The translations under genes and the position numbers were made by a program. The notes under the pieces are model-generated. The model worked only from the letters and a program-made list of their open reading frames with translations. It did no database searches and was not told where the DNA came from. Shown piece after piece: positions 54,239 through 64,000 of a DNA stretch of 64,000 bases. The number at the start of each line of letters is the position of its first letter. The stretch's first letter is position 1. The stretch spans positions 22,914 through 86,913 of the forward strand of contig CAWVJB010000097.1 in NCBI GenBank assembly GCA_963929525.1, given 5' to 3'. The DNA comes from Bacillota bacterium (GTDB taxonomy: Bacteria > Bacillota > Clostridia > TANB77 > CAG-508).

Positions 54239-55114
54239 ATGAATATGATAGATTTGCACACACATACTACATATTCTGATGGAACAGATGATGTAATCAC
54301 ATTATTAAAAAATGCTGAAAAATCTAAATTAGAAGTTTTATCTATCACTGACCATGTTACATGTAAAGCTTACGAAGAACTAAAACATATAGATATAAAA
54401 CAATACTATACGGGAAAAATAATAAAAGGTTGTGAATTGTATTCTACAATAGAAGGGCAAACAATCGAATTATTAGCATACAACATGGATACTAACCTAT
54501 TTAATGAATTATTACCAACTATGTATTGTAGTGAAACAGAGGACAATAGATGGCAAGCTAAAAGATTATTACAAATATGTAAGGATATCGGTATCTATTT
54601 GGGTTATAATAATATTCATATTGACTATGATACACAATTCTGTGGTGATGTAATATTAAATGAGATTTCTAAGTATTCTCAAAATAAACAGTATTTTGAG
54701 GATGAAAAAGCATTTTATGATAGTAATATTTTCTATAGAGAATATATGACAAATTCAAAAAGTAAATTTTTTATTGATAAAACTACATTCTATCCATCTA
54801 TAGACAAAGTTGTTCAACTAATTACAACTTCTGGTGGTCTCGTGTTTATCCCCCATATCTTTATATATGGAAATAATTCTATGAAGTTTTTTAATGAACT
54901 TACTCAAAATTACGAAATAGATGGTATAGAATGCTATTATACATTATTTACGAATAATCAAACTCAATTTTTATTAGATTATTGTCAGAAAAATCATTTA
55001 CTTGTTTCTGGTGGTAGTGATTATCATGCTGATAATAAACCTGGTACAAAACTTGGTATTGGAAAAGGAAATCTAAATATACCAATAGATATATTAGATG
55101 ATTGGAATATTTAA
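54239..55114 (+). CDS. PHP-domain metal-dependent phosphoesterase (TrpH/YciV-like), paralog 2
   Basis: MIDLHTHTTYSDGT. ~89% aa identical to the 10429-11304 copy, including the ~45-bp leader. Confidence 0.8.
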   Translation: MNMIDLHTHTTYSDGTDDVITLLKNAEKSKLEVLSITDHVTCKAYEELKHIDIKQYYTGKIIKGCELYSTIEGQTIELLAYNMDTNLFNELLPTMYCSETEDNRWQAKRLLQICKDIGIYLGYNNIHIDYDTQFCGDVILNEISKYSQNKQYFEDEKAFYDSNIFYREYMTNSKSKFFIDKTTFYPSIDKVVQLITTSGGLVFIPHIFIYGNNSMKFFNELTQNYEIDGIECYYTLFTNNQTQFLLDYCQKNHLLVSGGSDYHADNKPGTKLGIGKGNLNIPIDILDDWNI

Positions 55115-55168
55115 TAAGAATATGTTTCTTTATATGGTAAAAGACTATTTCTCTGTTAGAAATAGTCT

Positions 55169-58100
55169 TTACATATACACTTCTATATTATATACTCTAT
55201 TACTTCCCTCTAATTTAATTTTATTTTCAACCTCTTCTCCATTTAATACTACTTTTTCTACACCTGTATTTTTCTGATTTTGATTAATGACTTTTATATT
55301 ATAAATACAATCTTTCCATTTATATCTCATAAAATATTCTTTCCAATCTTTTGGAATACATGGTTCTATCGTTAAATATCCTTCCTGTATTTTTAGTCCT
55401 AATATATATTCGATTCCTGCAATATAATACCAACTACTTGAACCTGTATACCAAGTCCAGCCACCTCTTCCTGCTAAATTACTAGCTCCATAAATATCTG
55501 CTGCAATGACATATGGTTCTACTTTATATTTACTACTAGCATCTTTGGTTCTTGCATGTTCAATTGGATTAATCATTCGATAAAATTCTAAGGCTTTATC
55601 GCCAAATCCTAATAATGCTTCTGCAATAATGGTCCAACAACTGGCATGGGTATATTGTCCCCCATTTTCTCTCACACCTGGTAAGTAAGCTTTGATATAT
55701 CCTGGTTCTAAATGTCCTTTTTCAAATGGCGGATCTAATAGTTTTATAATACCATTTTCTTTATCCACTAGATGATTTTCTAAACTTTCCATTGAAATAT
55801 ATTTTTTATCATTATCTCCTGCTTTTGATATCACACTCCAACTTTGTGCAATACTATCAATTCTACATTCATCATTTTCCATACTCCCTAATACATTTCC
55901 ATCATCCATAAATGCTCTTTTATACCATCTGCCATCCCAACCATTTGTATTTAATGCTTTTTTCAATTGTATTTTGATTTCTTTCCATTTTTCCACTCGG
56001 CTTTTCTCCTCTCTTTCATCATCTGTTTCGTTATATTTATCTCCATTTTCTATTTTTTCTTTGTGTATACTGTTAATTTGCCCTTTTCTTTCTATCTCTT
56101 TTTCTTTATTTACAAAATTAAATTCTTGATGATTTTCCTTTAGCTTAAGACTTTCTGGTAAACGTTGTTCTTTTTTTGATTCCATCATTTCACATATAGG
56201 AATAAATTCATCTAAAATGTTGTATAAGAAAAATCCTAGCCATACACTTTCTCCTCTACCTTTATTCCCCACTGTACTAAATCCATCGTTCCAATCTCCA
56301 CTCCCAATTTTCGGTAATCCATTTTCTCCAAAATTGAAACTCTTTTCGATTGCTCTGATACAATGTAAATAAATACTTTCTTGATTCTCACTTAATGGAT
56401 ATTGATCATATCTTTCATCTACATCTTCTTCTAAGATTGCACCTTTTAAATATGGTATTTCCATTTCTAAAATACTAGTATCTCCTGTAAAGTGAATATA
56501 TTGTAACACAAGATATGGTAACCATAGTAAATCATCTGAAAATCTAGTTCGAATTCCTCTCCCCGTTTCTTCATGCCACCAATGTTCTACATCTCCTTCT
56601 TCAAATTGATGTTTACTATGTTTGATAATTTGCTGTTTTAAAATTTCTGGTGAAATATATTTTAAGGCTATTGTATCTTGTAATTGGTCTCTAAAACCAA
56701 AAGCACCTCCTGATTGATAATATCCACTTCTTCCTAAAAGCCTACTTTCTAATGTCTGATAAATACACCAACCATTTAACAAAATATTGGTTGATTCTAA
56801 TGGGGTATATACTTGAAGTTTTCCTAATAAGTCTTTCCAATGATTTTTGACACGCTCTAATTCTTGCCTACAATTTTGTAATTTACTATATTTGTATGAC
56901 ATATTTTTACAATCAATATTGTTTTCTTCTGCCCCTAGTACAAAAGAAATTTCTTTATTTGAAAAGCTTTCAATGTCTACTTCAACTTCCAATACGATAC
57001 AGGTATCTCTACCAATTGCATTACTATTATTTAATCTAAGTTTCTTGATACCATTTGGATTAGTTAATCCGTTTTTTCCTAAGAAAAATTTTTTATCTCC
57101 TGTATAAGTTTTTATTTTCTCACTAGATGATATATATAATTTTGTATTGTCTATTTCACTAGCGTATAAATTGTTTGCTGTTAATGTGTTACTGTTTCTA
57201 TCAAATTTGATACTAATATTACCAGATGTTTTAAATTCATCTTCTCCCATCACTGGTTTGATATAATAATATAATTTTAAGTGTTTTCGATTTGGAGTTT
57301 TATTACTTAGTTTTAAAATTCCTACTTTACAACTATCTTCTTTAGGAACAAAAATTTCTAATTCTTGTTCCATTCCTAGATTGCTATGGATATATTTACA
57401 ATATCCAAACCCATAGATGATATTATAATTTCGATTATCTGGCATTGGATTTAATCCTAAAGACCAACTTTCTTTTGTATCCATATCTTTTACATAGATA
57501 ATTTCTGATGGAATATCAGAACTTGGATGATTATTCCAACTAGTCAAGCGATTTAATCTGCTATTTTTATACCAACTATATCCTCCCATATTTTCTGTAA
57601 CAATGGTTCCAAATTTTTCATTTGCCATAATGTGTGACCATACAGTTGGTAATCTTTTTTCTTTATTAACACATATCCAATACTCTTTTCCATCTTCTGA
57701 AAAAGCCCCATATTCATTATAGTATTTTAAATTTTCTGTATCTTTTAAGATATCGATATCTTCAGTAGTTTCTTCAACAAATTGCTTGATATTTTCTTCT
57801 TCACTAATTTCCTTATAGTTTTCTAGATAGGTTTCTTCTATTTCTTTTAGGTTATTTTCTAGATTTCCCTTTGCACAGTCAATCGTGATAACAGATATAA
57901 ATTCTAGAAATGTAATATCTTTTTTATCCATTTCCTCTTCATTTAAAATAAAAATGCCACCCTTTATATTTTTTAAATATCCCATATGTTGGTTTAATAT
58001 AGTAGAATCAATTTCTTCTCTTACATAATTTTCATAGCTGTATTTTTCTTCATCTATGATGACAATTTCTGTTTCTACATTTTTTGTTCTAAAATATTCA

Positions 58101-61100
58101 TAAGCTTTTAATACTTCTTTTAAGCCTTGTACATCATTTGCATTTTTCATCTTTACCAAGACAATTGGTAAGTCACCTGATATTCCATATTTCCACAAAT
58201 CGCTTTGCTTATAATTTGGTGTTTGATTAATTTTTTCTTTTTCTACACTTTTTATAGAATCATCAAACACAATATAGGATAACATCTTTTGATAAATTTC
58301 AATGTCTTTTCCTTTCATATTTAAATATCGTGTTTCTGCCTCTACCCTTGCTTTTGACAATTCAAATTCATTTTTTACATTTTCAAATGAAGTATATTTT
58401 TCCAAGTTTTGAATGGCTTGTTCTTTTTCTTCTTCTACAGATAATATAAAATCAATTACGACTTTTTCCTGGCTCTTTATTTTAATGGTTCTTTTCAAAG
58501 CTACTACTGGTTCTGTTACAAATCCTATTCTTTTAGAAAATGGCAATGAATCTTTTACCATTTGGGGTATTTTTAAATTTCCTCTCCCTATAAATTTTTC
58601 TTCTTCTATTTCATATTCTAAATCACCAATTCTATCTTCTCTACTTGCATGCAATGTCGTTGCTAAATAGACTTCCTTTCCTCCTAAATCTCTTTTCTTC
58701 CTTTTTACCATTAAAGCTTCATTTTTTTCATCATACCCATACACTAAGAATAAATTGTTAAAAGCTGGATGGGCATAATATTGCTCATTTGGTGTTAAGA
58801 TTGGTTCAAAATACCCTGTTAATTCTACGATTTCTTCTTCATTTCCTAAGTTTTCTAATAGGATTCTTCTCAATTCTACTGGTTCATTTGATGCAACTGT
58901 TGTTTTTATCGTTGCTTTTATATTTCCGCTTATTATCTCTTGTTCATCCTTATCTGGCATAAATCGAATTTGATATTGATTTTCATTTTTTATATTTTGT
59001 AAATAACTAGAACTAATCATTTGTTTATTTTTGATACTTTTTATATAAAATATTATTCCTTGTGTATCATCATCTGTACGTTTAAAATGATTGACATAAA
59101 TATTTTTATACTTACTAACCCCTTCTCCTTTTTGATTCATTGCTATCATATAATTTTCATTAGAAATAATATTTCCTGTAATCAATCTTTCATCTATTTT
59201 GGTATATGTTCGTACACTATAGTCTTCATAATCTTTATATTTTAATTTTTCTACTTTTTCTTTATCTTCTTTTGTGATAATTGCTTTTTCTGGCATTGTT
59301 TCTTGAAGTAAAATCGTAACTGCTTGGATTTCTGGATTTTTCGTAAATCGTTTTTGCAAGATTAGTTGATTGATTAAGTTATTGATTGATAATAAAATTA
59401 ATCCTTGATGATGTGCCATATATGTTTTAACTACTTCCGCTTTTTTTCCTTTACCAACTCTTTCTGGTGTAAAATCTAAAGATTCATAAAATCCATATTT
59501 GTGATACATACCATATTGCTCTAATACTTTTAAATTCTTAACGACTTCTTTAGGAATGTCTGTAATAGCTAACATACTACCATAAGAAGATATTACCATT
59601 TCATCTGCTAGTCCTCTTTTTAATCCAAGCCATGGAATTCCAAATGCTTTATATTGATAATTAGATTGTAAATCTTTTAAATTAAATGCAGCTTCTGAAA
59701 CACCAAATGGTAAGTGTAATTCTTCTGCATATTTTATTTGACTCATTATCATAAATTTACAAGATTCATCTAATAAGCTCCCTTTATATTTGGGAATATT
59801 GATATTTGGCATTAAATATTCAAATGCCGTTCCTGACCAAGAAATCAATCCTTTATATTTTCCTAAAACCGTTAATGTTCTACTTAAATGATTCCAATGT
59901 TTTGATGGAATATCTTTTTTCGCAATAGCAACTAAACTTGCTTGTCTTGCCTCTGTTGCCAGCAAATCATAATACGAGTCTGTTAGTTTGTTTTCCTCAA
60001 TATTGTATCCGATTGAAAATATTTGATGTTCTTGACTATATAAATAAGTAAAGTCTGTTTGCTTAATGATTCTTTTTATGATTTCTAACATTTCTTGTAT
60101 TTGATTTTGTATTTTTACCTTTTCTTCTTCATTTGTAATATCTATTGTTCTTTTTGTTTCTATTACCTTATTCCTTTGTTCTTTTGATAATGTGTTTCCT
60201 TCAGATATTGTATCATATTCTACTCTATTTTTCTTATATCCTATACTTTGTTCAAAATGCAAGTTATCTTGATTTTGCAACCTTTCTTGTATTTCTTCTA
60301 AAAAGGCTTTTGTTACATACAAATATCCAATAAAATTACCACTATCCACTGTTGATATATATCTTGGTCTTAATGGTTCTTTTGTTTTGGTGTCATACCA
60401 ATTATATAAATGTCCATTCCATTTTTGCAAACCATCTACTGATGTTAATACTTTATGCAATAAATCAATTGTATCTGGTAAATTTTCATATTGCAAGTCA
60501 TAACTTGAAACAATCGCCAAAATGGATAAGCCAATATTAGTGGAAGATGTTCTTGCTACAACTTTTTGTTTTCTATCCTCTTGATAATTATCTGGCATTA
60601 GATAATTATTTTCTTTATTAATATATTGTTTAAAAAATTCCCATGTTTTTTTTCCGATTTCTAAGACATAGTCTAATTCTGTTTGATTTAATGTTTCAAC
60701 AGCTTTTACATCTTTTTTCTCTTTACTAATATACCACATGATAAAAGGTATCATTATCCATAAAATACCTAATATAGTCTGAATGATAAAATTCCCAAGT
60801 CCTTTGTTGGTCAATGCAAGCCCTAGACTCAAAATTCCCAAAGAAATATTAAACCACATTTGTCTTATATATGACAACACATCATTTTTCGCATGTTTTT
60901 CTGCTTCTTCTGATGTCATCCATTCTAATAATTTTTTATGGCTCACCCATTTTCGATACAAAGTTTTTATGATCGCTATAAAGGAAATATATGCTTTATA
61001 TGGTAATACGCCTATCGTTATTAATATTCTGAATATAATTCCTTTATATCCTGATATCCTAGGAGAAAAATTTTTTTGCTTATGCTCCCCTTCCTTTTTT

Positions 61101-63652
61101 ACTAACATGGTATTAAAAATTTCTAATATATAAGGCATGACTACTGCTATGAGACTTATCACCATGAATGGATATGTTTCAAAATGATATTGTTTTCCTA
61201 CTATAACAAACAAAATTAGGGAAAAGATAACCGCTATTTCTATTAAACTTCTTCTTAAATTATCAAAGATTTTATATTTTGAAAGAGAATTTAAGGGGTT
61301 TTGTATGTTTCCTATTTTGCTATTTACTTTTCCTTTTAACCAACTAATAATTTGCCAATCTCCTCTTATCCATCTAGATAATCGGTTCATAAAACTATTA
61401 TATTTGCAAGGATATCCATCCATTAGCATAATATCTGTTGCTAACCCACAACGTAAATAACATCCTTCTAATAAATCATGACTTAATACAGTATTTTCTG
61501 GTATCGCATTTTTTAATACTTTTGAAAATACCTTTACATCATAAATTCCTTTTCCTGTAAAAATCCCTTCTCCAAAGTTATCTTGATATAAATCAGAAAT
61601 CGCATTTGTATAAGAATCAATTCCACCTGCTCCTGCAAATATTTGTGTAAATATGGTTTTATAGGAAATATCTAAATTTATTCCTATTCTTGGCTGAATG
61701 ATTCCATGCCCTTCTATGACAATATTTTTTTCTTCGTCCATCACTGGTTTATTCAAGATATGTGCCATTGCACCTACCAATTCAAAGGCAGAATTTAAAA
61801 TCAAATCAGTGTCTGCATCTAAGGTTATCACATATTGTATTTTTGGAATACAATATGTGTATTCTTCTATGGTATTGGCACGAAATACATTTTTTTCATT
61901 TCCTAACAGATATTCATTAAATTGTGTCAGCATTCCTCTTTTTCTTTCCCATCCTATATAGCAATTTTCTTTTTCATTCCATTCTCTTTTTCTATAAATA
62001 AAATGAAAAATTGGAAATTCATTTTCTTTTGCATATTTCTCATTTAAGCTTTCGGCTAATGTCATTCCTGTTTCTATAACTTCATTATCGAATGTTTCTT
62101 CTTTTATACTACTTTCTGAGCAATCACCTAATAAAGTAAAATATAGATTATCGGATTGATTAGCAATATAATACACTTCTAATTTATGCATGAGTTCTTT
62201 TACTTTCTCTTTGTTTTTCAAAACAGTTGGAATAACTACCATACATGCATGTTCTTCATTAATTCCTTTTGAAAAATCTATTTTGGGAATTGGTTTTGGT
62301 TTCACAATTTTACTTAAAATATATTGTATTACTTGTGTTACCACTTCTGATGATGGAATGAATAAAATAAGAAAACTCAAAAAATATATTCCTATATTTT
62401 TTGTATATAGATTTAAAATGCTACTAAATATAAGAGATAATACAATTGATAAAATGATATTTGTTGCAATATATAGTTTTTGTTTGGTTTTTCCTTGCAT
62501 ATGCTTTGGCACTTTACACTGTAATTCTTCATAAACCTTTTTAATTCCTTTATCAATTAGGTAATATCCTATATGTGCTTTTCTTTCCTCTTCTTTATTC
62601 TCTTTTGCTAGTTGTAAAATCTTTTTAGCTATATAGATTTCTGATATTTTTGTTTTTTTCGATATTTCTTTAATGGTATTTCTATAACTTTCTTTTGTCG
62701 GATTATCCATTTTAGAATATACATCTGCTGGATCTTGTTTTAAGATTTCTTCTACCCCATTTATTTTTTCAAAAATTTCTAAGAAATTAATTCTTTGAAT
62801 AGTCTTTATACTTGTAATACTATTTCCAATTGAAACTTTTTTAACAGCAATATCAAAATGTTCTTTTTTAATCACTTCTTGTACAGTTGTGCCTGTCATT
62901 TCTACAATTTCATCTAATACTTTTAAATAACGATATCCTTTTTTTCCATATCGTTTTAGGATACATGACATATATTCAATAAATGGATATTTGACATCAT
63001 GTAACATATCTTTTTTGATATTCTTCAAATGATATATATGACTTTCTTTATTTTCTTTAGGTATTTCAATTAATTTTTGTACGATATTTTCTGCTTTCAT
63101 TTTTTGTATTTGACTACTATATATTTTTTCACAAATTTCTCGAATATTTTCAATAATAGCTATTTGAAGAAACAAACCAATATTCCATATTTCTTCCATA
63201 CTTAATGTCTTTTTTTCTTGATAACTTGACAGATAATCTTCTAAGTCCTCTTTTTGGATTTTATTATCTGTATATGCTACAATTTCTGCAGCTAATACAT
63301 ATATTCTGGCAAATCCTTTATATTTTCCATTCCCAATTCCTAGAAAATTCATATATTTTTTTAATGTTAATTCTTTTTGAATTTGTTTTACCGTTTTTTC
63401 TATGATATAAAAATTATCTAACAACCACTCACCTGCTGGATGTGTTGCCATTCCTATTTTTACATGTTCATTCAATAAATTATATACCATCTTAATAGTT
63501 TCATAATTTTCGATCAATTGAGGAATTGGATAAGTTTCTTTTGATGGTTTATTCATTAAATTATGGTTTGATGCAATTTTTTGTAGATGGTTTTCTAATT
63601 GCTTTTTGTCTAATATGGTTCCATCAATTTTTAATATTTTATTTGTTTTCAA
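55169..63652 (-). CDS. cyclic beta-1,2-glucan synthase-like giant protein (membrane GT domain + GH94 phosphorylase-type domains)
   Basis: 2827 aa, TTG start. N-terminal ...IGMATHPAGEWLLDNFYIIEKTVKQI like NdvB/Cgs. Multiple TM segments, DxD-containing GT region (ITLDADTDL), C-terminal GH94-like regions (DDLLWLPYLVLQYIHFTGD). Confidence 0.6.
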   Translation of the reverse strand: MKTNKILKIDGTILDKKQLENHLQKIASNHNLMNKPSKETYPIPQLIENYETIKMVYNLLNEHVKIGMATHPAGEWLLDNFYIIEKTVKQIQKELTLKKYMNFLGIGNGKYKGFARIYVLAAEIVAYTDNKIQKEDLEDYLSSYQEKKTLSMEEIWNIGLFLQIAIIENIREICEKIYSSQIQKMKAENIVQKLIEIPKENKESHIYHLKNIKKDMLHDVKYPFIEYMSCILKRYGKKGYRYLKVLDEIVEMTGTTVQEVIKKEHFDIAVKKVSIGNSITSIKTIQRINFLEIFEKINGVEEILKQDPADVYSKMDNPTKESYRNTIKEISKKTKISEIYIAKKILQLAKENKEEERKAHIGYYLIDKGIKKVYEELQCKVPKHMQGKTKQKLYIATNIILSIVLSLIFSSILNLYTKNIGIYFLSFLILFIPSSEVVTQVIQYILSKIVKPKPIPKIDFSKGINEEHACMVVIPTVLKNKEKVKELMHKLEVYYIANQSDNLYFTLLGDCSESSIKEETFDNEVIETGMTLAESLNEKYAKENEFPIFHFIYRKREWNEKENCYIGWERKRGMLTQFNEYLLGNEKNVFRANTIEEYTYCIPKIQYVITLDADTDLILNSAFELVGAMAHILNKPVMDEEKNIVIEGHGIIQPRIGINLDISYKTIFTQIFAGAGGIDSYTNAISDLYQDNFGEGIFTGKGIYDVKVFSKVLKNAIPENTVLSHDLLEGCYLRCGLATDIMLMDGYPCKYNSFMNRLSRWIRGDWQIISWLKGKVNSKIGNIQNPLNSLSKYKIFDNLRRSLIEIAVIFSLILFVIVGKQYHFETYPFMVISLIAVVMPYILEIFNTMLVKKEGEHKQKNFSPRISGYKGIIFRILITIGVLPYKAYISFIAIIKTLYRKWVSHKKLLEWMTSEEAEKHAKNDVLSYIRQMWFNISLGILSLGLALTNKGLGNFIIQTILGILWIMIPFIMWYISKEKKDVKAVETLNQTELDYVLEIGKKTWEFFKQYINKENNYLMPDNYQEDRKQKVVARTSSTNIGLSILAIVSSYDLQYENLPDTIDLLHKVLTSVDGLQKWNGHLYNWYDTKTKEPLRPRYISTVDSGNFIGYLYVTKAFLEEIQERLQNQDNLHFEQSIGYKKNRVEYDTISEGNTLSKEQRNKVIETKRTIDITNEEEKVKIQNQIQEMLEIIKRIIKQTDFTYLYSQEHQIFSIGYNIEENKLTDSYYDLLATEARQASLVAIAKKDIPSKHWNHLSRTLTVLGKYKGLISWSGTAFEYLMPNINIPKYKGSLLDESCKFMIMSQIKYAEELHLPFGVSEAAFNLKDLQSNYQYKAFGIPWLGLKRGLADEMVISSYGSMLAITDIPKEVVKNLKVLEQYGMYHKYGFYESLDFTPERVGKGKKAEVVKTYMAHHQGLILLSINNLINQLILQKRFTKNPEIQAVTILLQETMPEKAIITKEDKEKVEKLKYKDYEDYSVRTYTKIDERLITGNIISNENYMIAMNQKGEGVSKYKNIYVNHFKRTDDDTQGIIFYIKSIKNKQMISSSYLQNIKNENQYQIRFMPDKDEQEIISGNIKATIKTTVASNEPVELRRILLENLGNEEEIVELTGYFEPILTPNEQYYAHPAFNNLFLVYGYDEKNEALMVKRKKRDLGGKEVYLATTLHASREDRIGDLEYEIEEEKFIGRGNLKIPQMVKDSLPFSKRIGFVTEPVVALKRTIKIKSQEKVVIDFILSVEEEKEQAIQNLEKYTSFENVKNEFELSKARVEAETRYLNMKGKDIEIYQKMLSYIVFDDSIKSVEKEKINQTPNYKQSDLWKYGISGDLPIVLVKMKNANDVQGLKEVLKAYEYFRTKNVETEIVIIDEEKYSYENYVREEIDSTILNQHMGYLKNIKGGIFILNEEEMDKKDITFLEFISVITIDCAKGNLENNLKEIEETYLENYKEISEEENIKQFVEETTEDIDILKDTENLKYYNEYGAFSEDGKEYWICVNKEKRLPTVWSHIMANEKFGTIVTENMGGYSWYKNSRLNRLTSWNNHPSSDIPSEIIYVKDMDTKESWSLGLNPMPDNRNYNIIYGFGYCKYIHSNLGMEQELEIFVPKEDSCKVGILKLSNKTPNRKHLKLYYYIKPVMGEDEFKTSGNISIKFDRNSNTLTANNLYASEIDNTKLYISSSEKIKTYTGDKKFFLGKNGLTNPNGIKKLRLNNSNAIGRDTCIVLEVEVDIESFSNKEISFVLGAEENNIDCKNMSYKYSKLQNCRQELERVKNHWKDLLGKLQVYTPLESTNILLNGWCIYQTLESRLLGRSGYYQSGGAFGFRDQLQDTIALKYISPEILKQQIIKHSKHQFEEGDVEHWWHEETGRGIRTRFSDDLLWLPYLVLQYIHFTGDTSILEMEIPYLKGAILEEDVDERYDQYPLSENQESIYLHCIRAIEKSFNFGENGLPKIGSGDWNDGFSTVGNKGRGESVWLGFFLYNILDEFIPICEMMESKKEQRLPESLKLKENHQEFNFVNKEKEIERKGQINSIHKEKIENGDKYNETDDEREEKSRVEKWKEIKIQLKKALNTNGWDGRWYKRAFMDDGNVLGSMENDECRIDSIAQSWSVISKAGDNDKKYISMESLENHLVDKENGIIKLLDPPFEKGHLEPGYIKAYLPGVRENGGQYTHASCWTIIAEALLGFGDKALEFYRMINPIEHARTKDASSKYKVEPYVIAADIYGASNLAGRGGWTWYTGSSSWYYIAGIEYILGLKIQEGYLTIEPCIPKDWKEYFMRYKWKDCIYNIKVINQNQKNTGVEKVVLNGEEVENKIKLEGSNRVYNIEVYM

Positions 63653-63654
63653 AA

Positions 63655-63705
63655 AAATTCCACTCCTTGCAAATATGTTTTACACATATTGTTTGCAAAG
63701 AGTGG
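63655..63705 (-). promoter_or_regulatory. RBS-sequestering stem-loop in 5' leader of the glucan-synthase-like gene
   Basis: ccactccttgcaaa ... tttgcaaagagtgg. 14-bp stem (1 mismatch), 18-nt loop with inner palindrome atatgt..acatat. One arm contains the AAGGAG Shine-Dalgarno. Confidence 0.4.
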
Positions 63706-63785
63706 ATTTTTTATACTCTTCTGTTATTTTTTATTCTATATTATTTTTTTCTGTAACCCTTGCATAAAATCATTTGATTAGTATT

Positions 63786-64000
63786 TTTAGAATTCAAGTC
63801 CATCATCTTCTATTTCTTTTTTTTGATTTTCTTCTTGTTGTTGAATTCTTTCTTGATAATATCTTGAAAAATCTTGGTAAGCTTTGTCCATATCAACATT
63901 TTCTGGTAATCCCACATAAGTTTCATCATTCTTTGTATAATCTTCATCTAATCTTACAAACTCTACATCTATCTCAGAAATTTCATCATCAATTTTTCCA
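63786..64000 (-). CDS. C-terminal end of a hypothetical protein (partial, start outside window)
   Basis: Minus-strand frame open to the window edge: ...GKIDDEISEIDVEFVRLDEDYTKNDETYVGLPENVDMDKAYQDFSRYYQERIQQQEENQKKEIEDDGLEF*. Confidence 0.45.

Overview
Low-GC (~28%) Firmicutes/Clostridia-like chromosomal segment. Left end: 3' part of a secreted PL1 pectate lyase with Big_2 repeats (runs off the window), then the start of the dcw cluster on the minus strand (mraZ-rsmH-ftsL-PBP transpeptidase) with recognisable MraZ boxes and a strong terminator. Positions 7.7-11.3 kb: small accessory patch (XRE regulator, HExxH metallopeptidase-like protein, RhuM-family protein, TrpH-like PHP phosphoesterase). 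Positions ~11.8-53.66 kb: a ~41.9 kb HK97-like siphoviral prophage. Gene order (phage sense runs high to low coordinates): large serine recombinase, CI/Cro switch, AbrB-like regulator, replisome organizer with iterons, DnaB helicase, Kv-type K+ channel operon, PAPS-reductase-like protein, 4 HNH endonucleases (one disrupted), RNA-ligase-like nucleotidyltransferase, ArpU-like regulator, HNH+TerS(P27)+TerL, portal, ClpP protease, capsid, connector/adaptor, major tail, TMP, Dit, Tal, holin, C39/SH3b lysin, and hicAB plus a decayed XRE gene at the distal end. The prophage is inserted inside a host cell-wall hydrolase gene (M15 L-Ala-D-Glu peptidase + PG-binding domain). The split halves are visible at both junctions and share a 13-bp core, TTATCAAAATGTA. 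Right end: second PHP paralog (~89% aa identical to the first, so ~0.9 kb direct repeats bracket the prophage/lysin locus), a 2827-aa cyclic-beta-1,2-glucan-synthase-like gene and a partial minus-strand CDS. Most + strand ORFs in the supplied track are antisense artefacts. The candidate for an undescribed system is the phage-borne K+ channel operon (features at 44524-46426; see findings).
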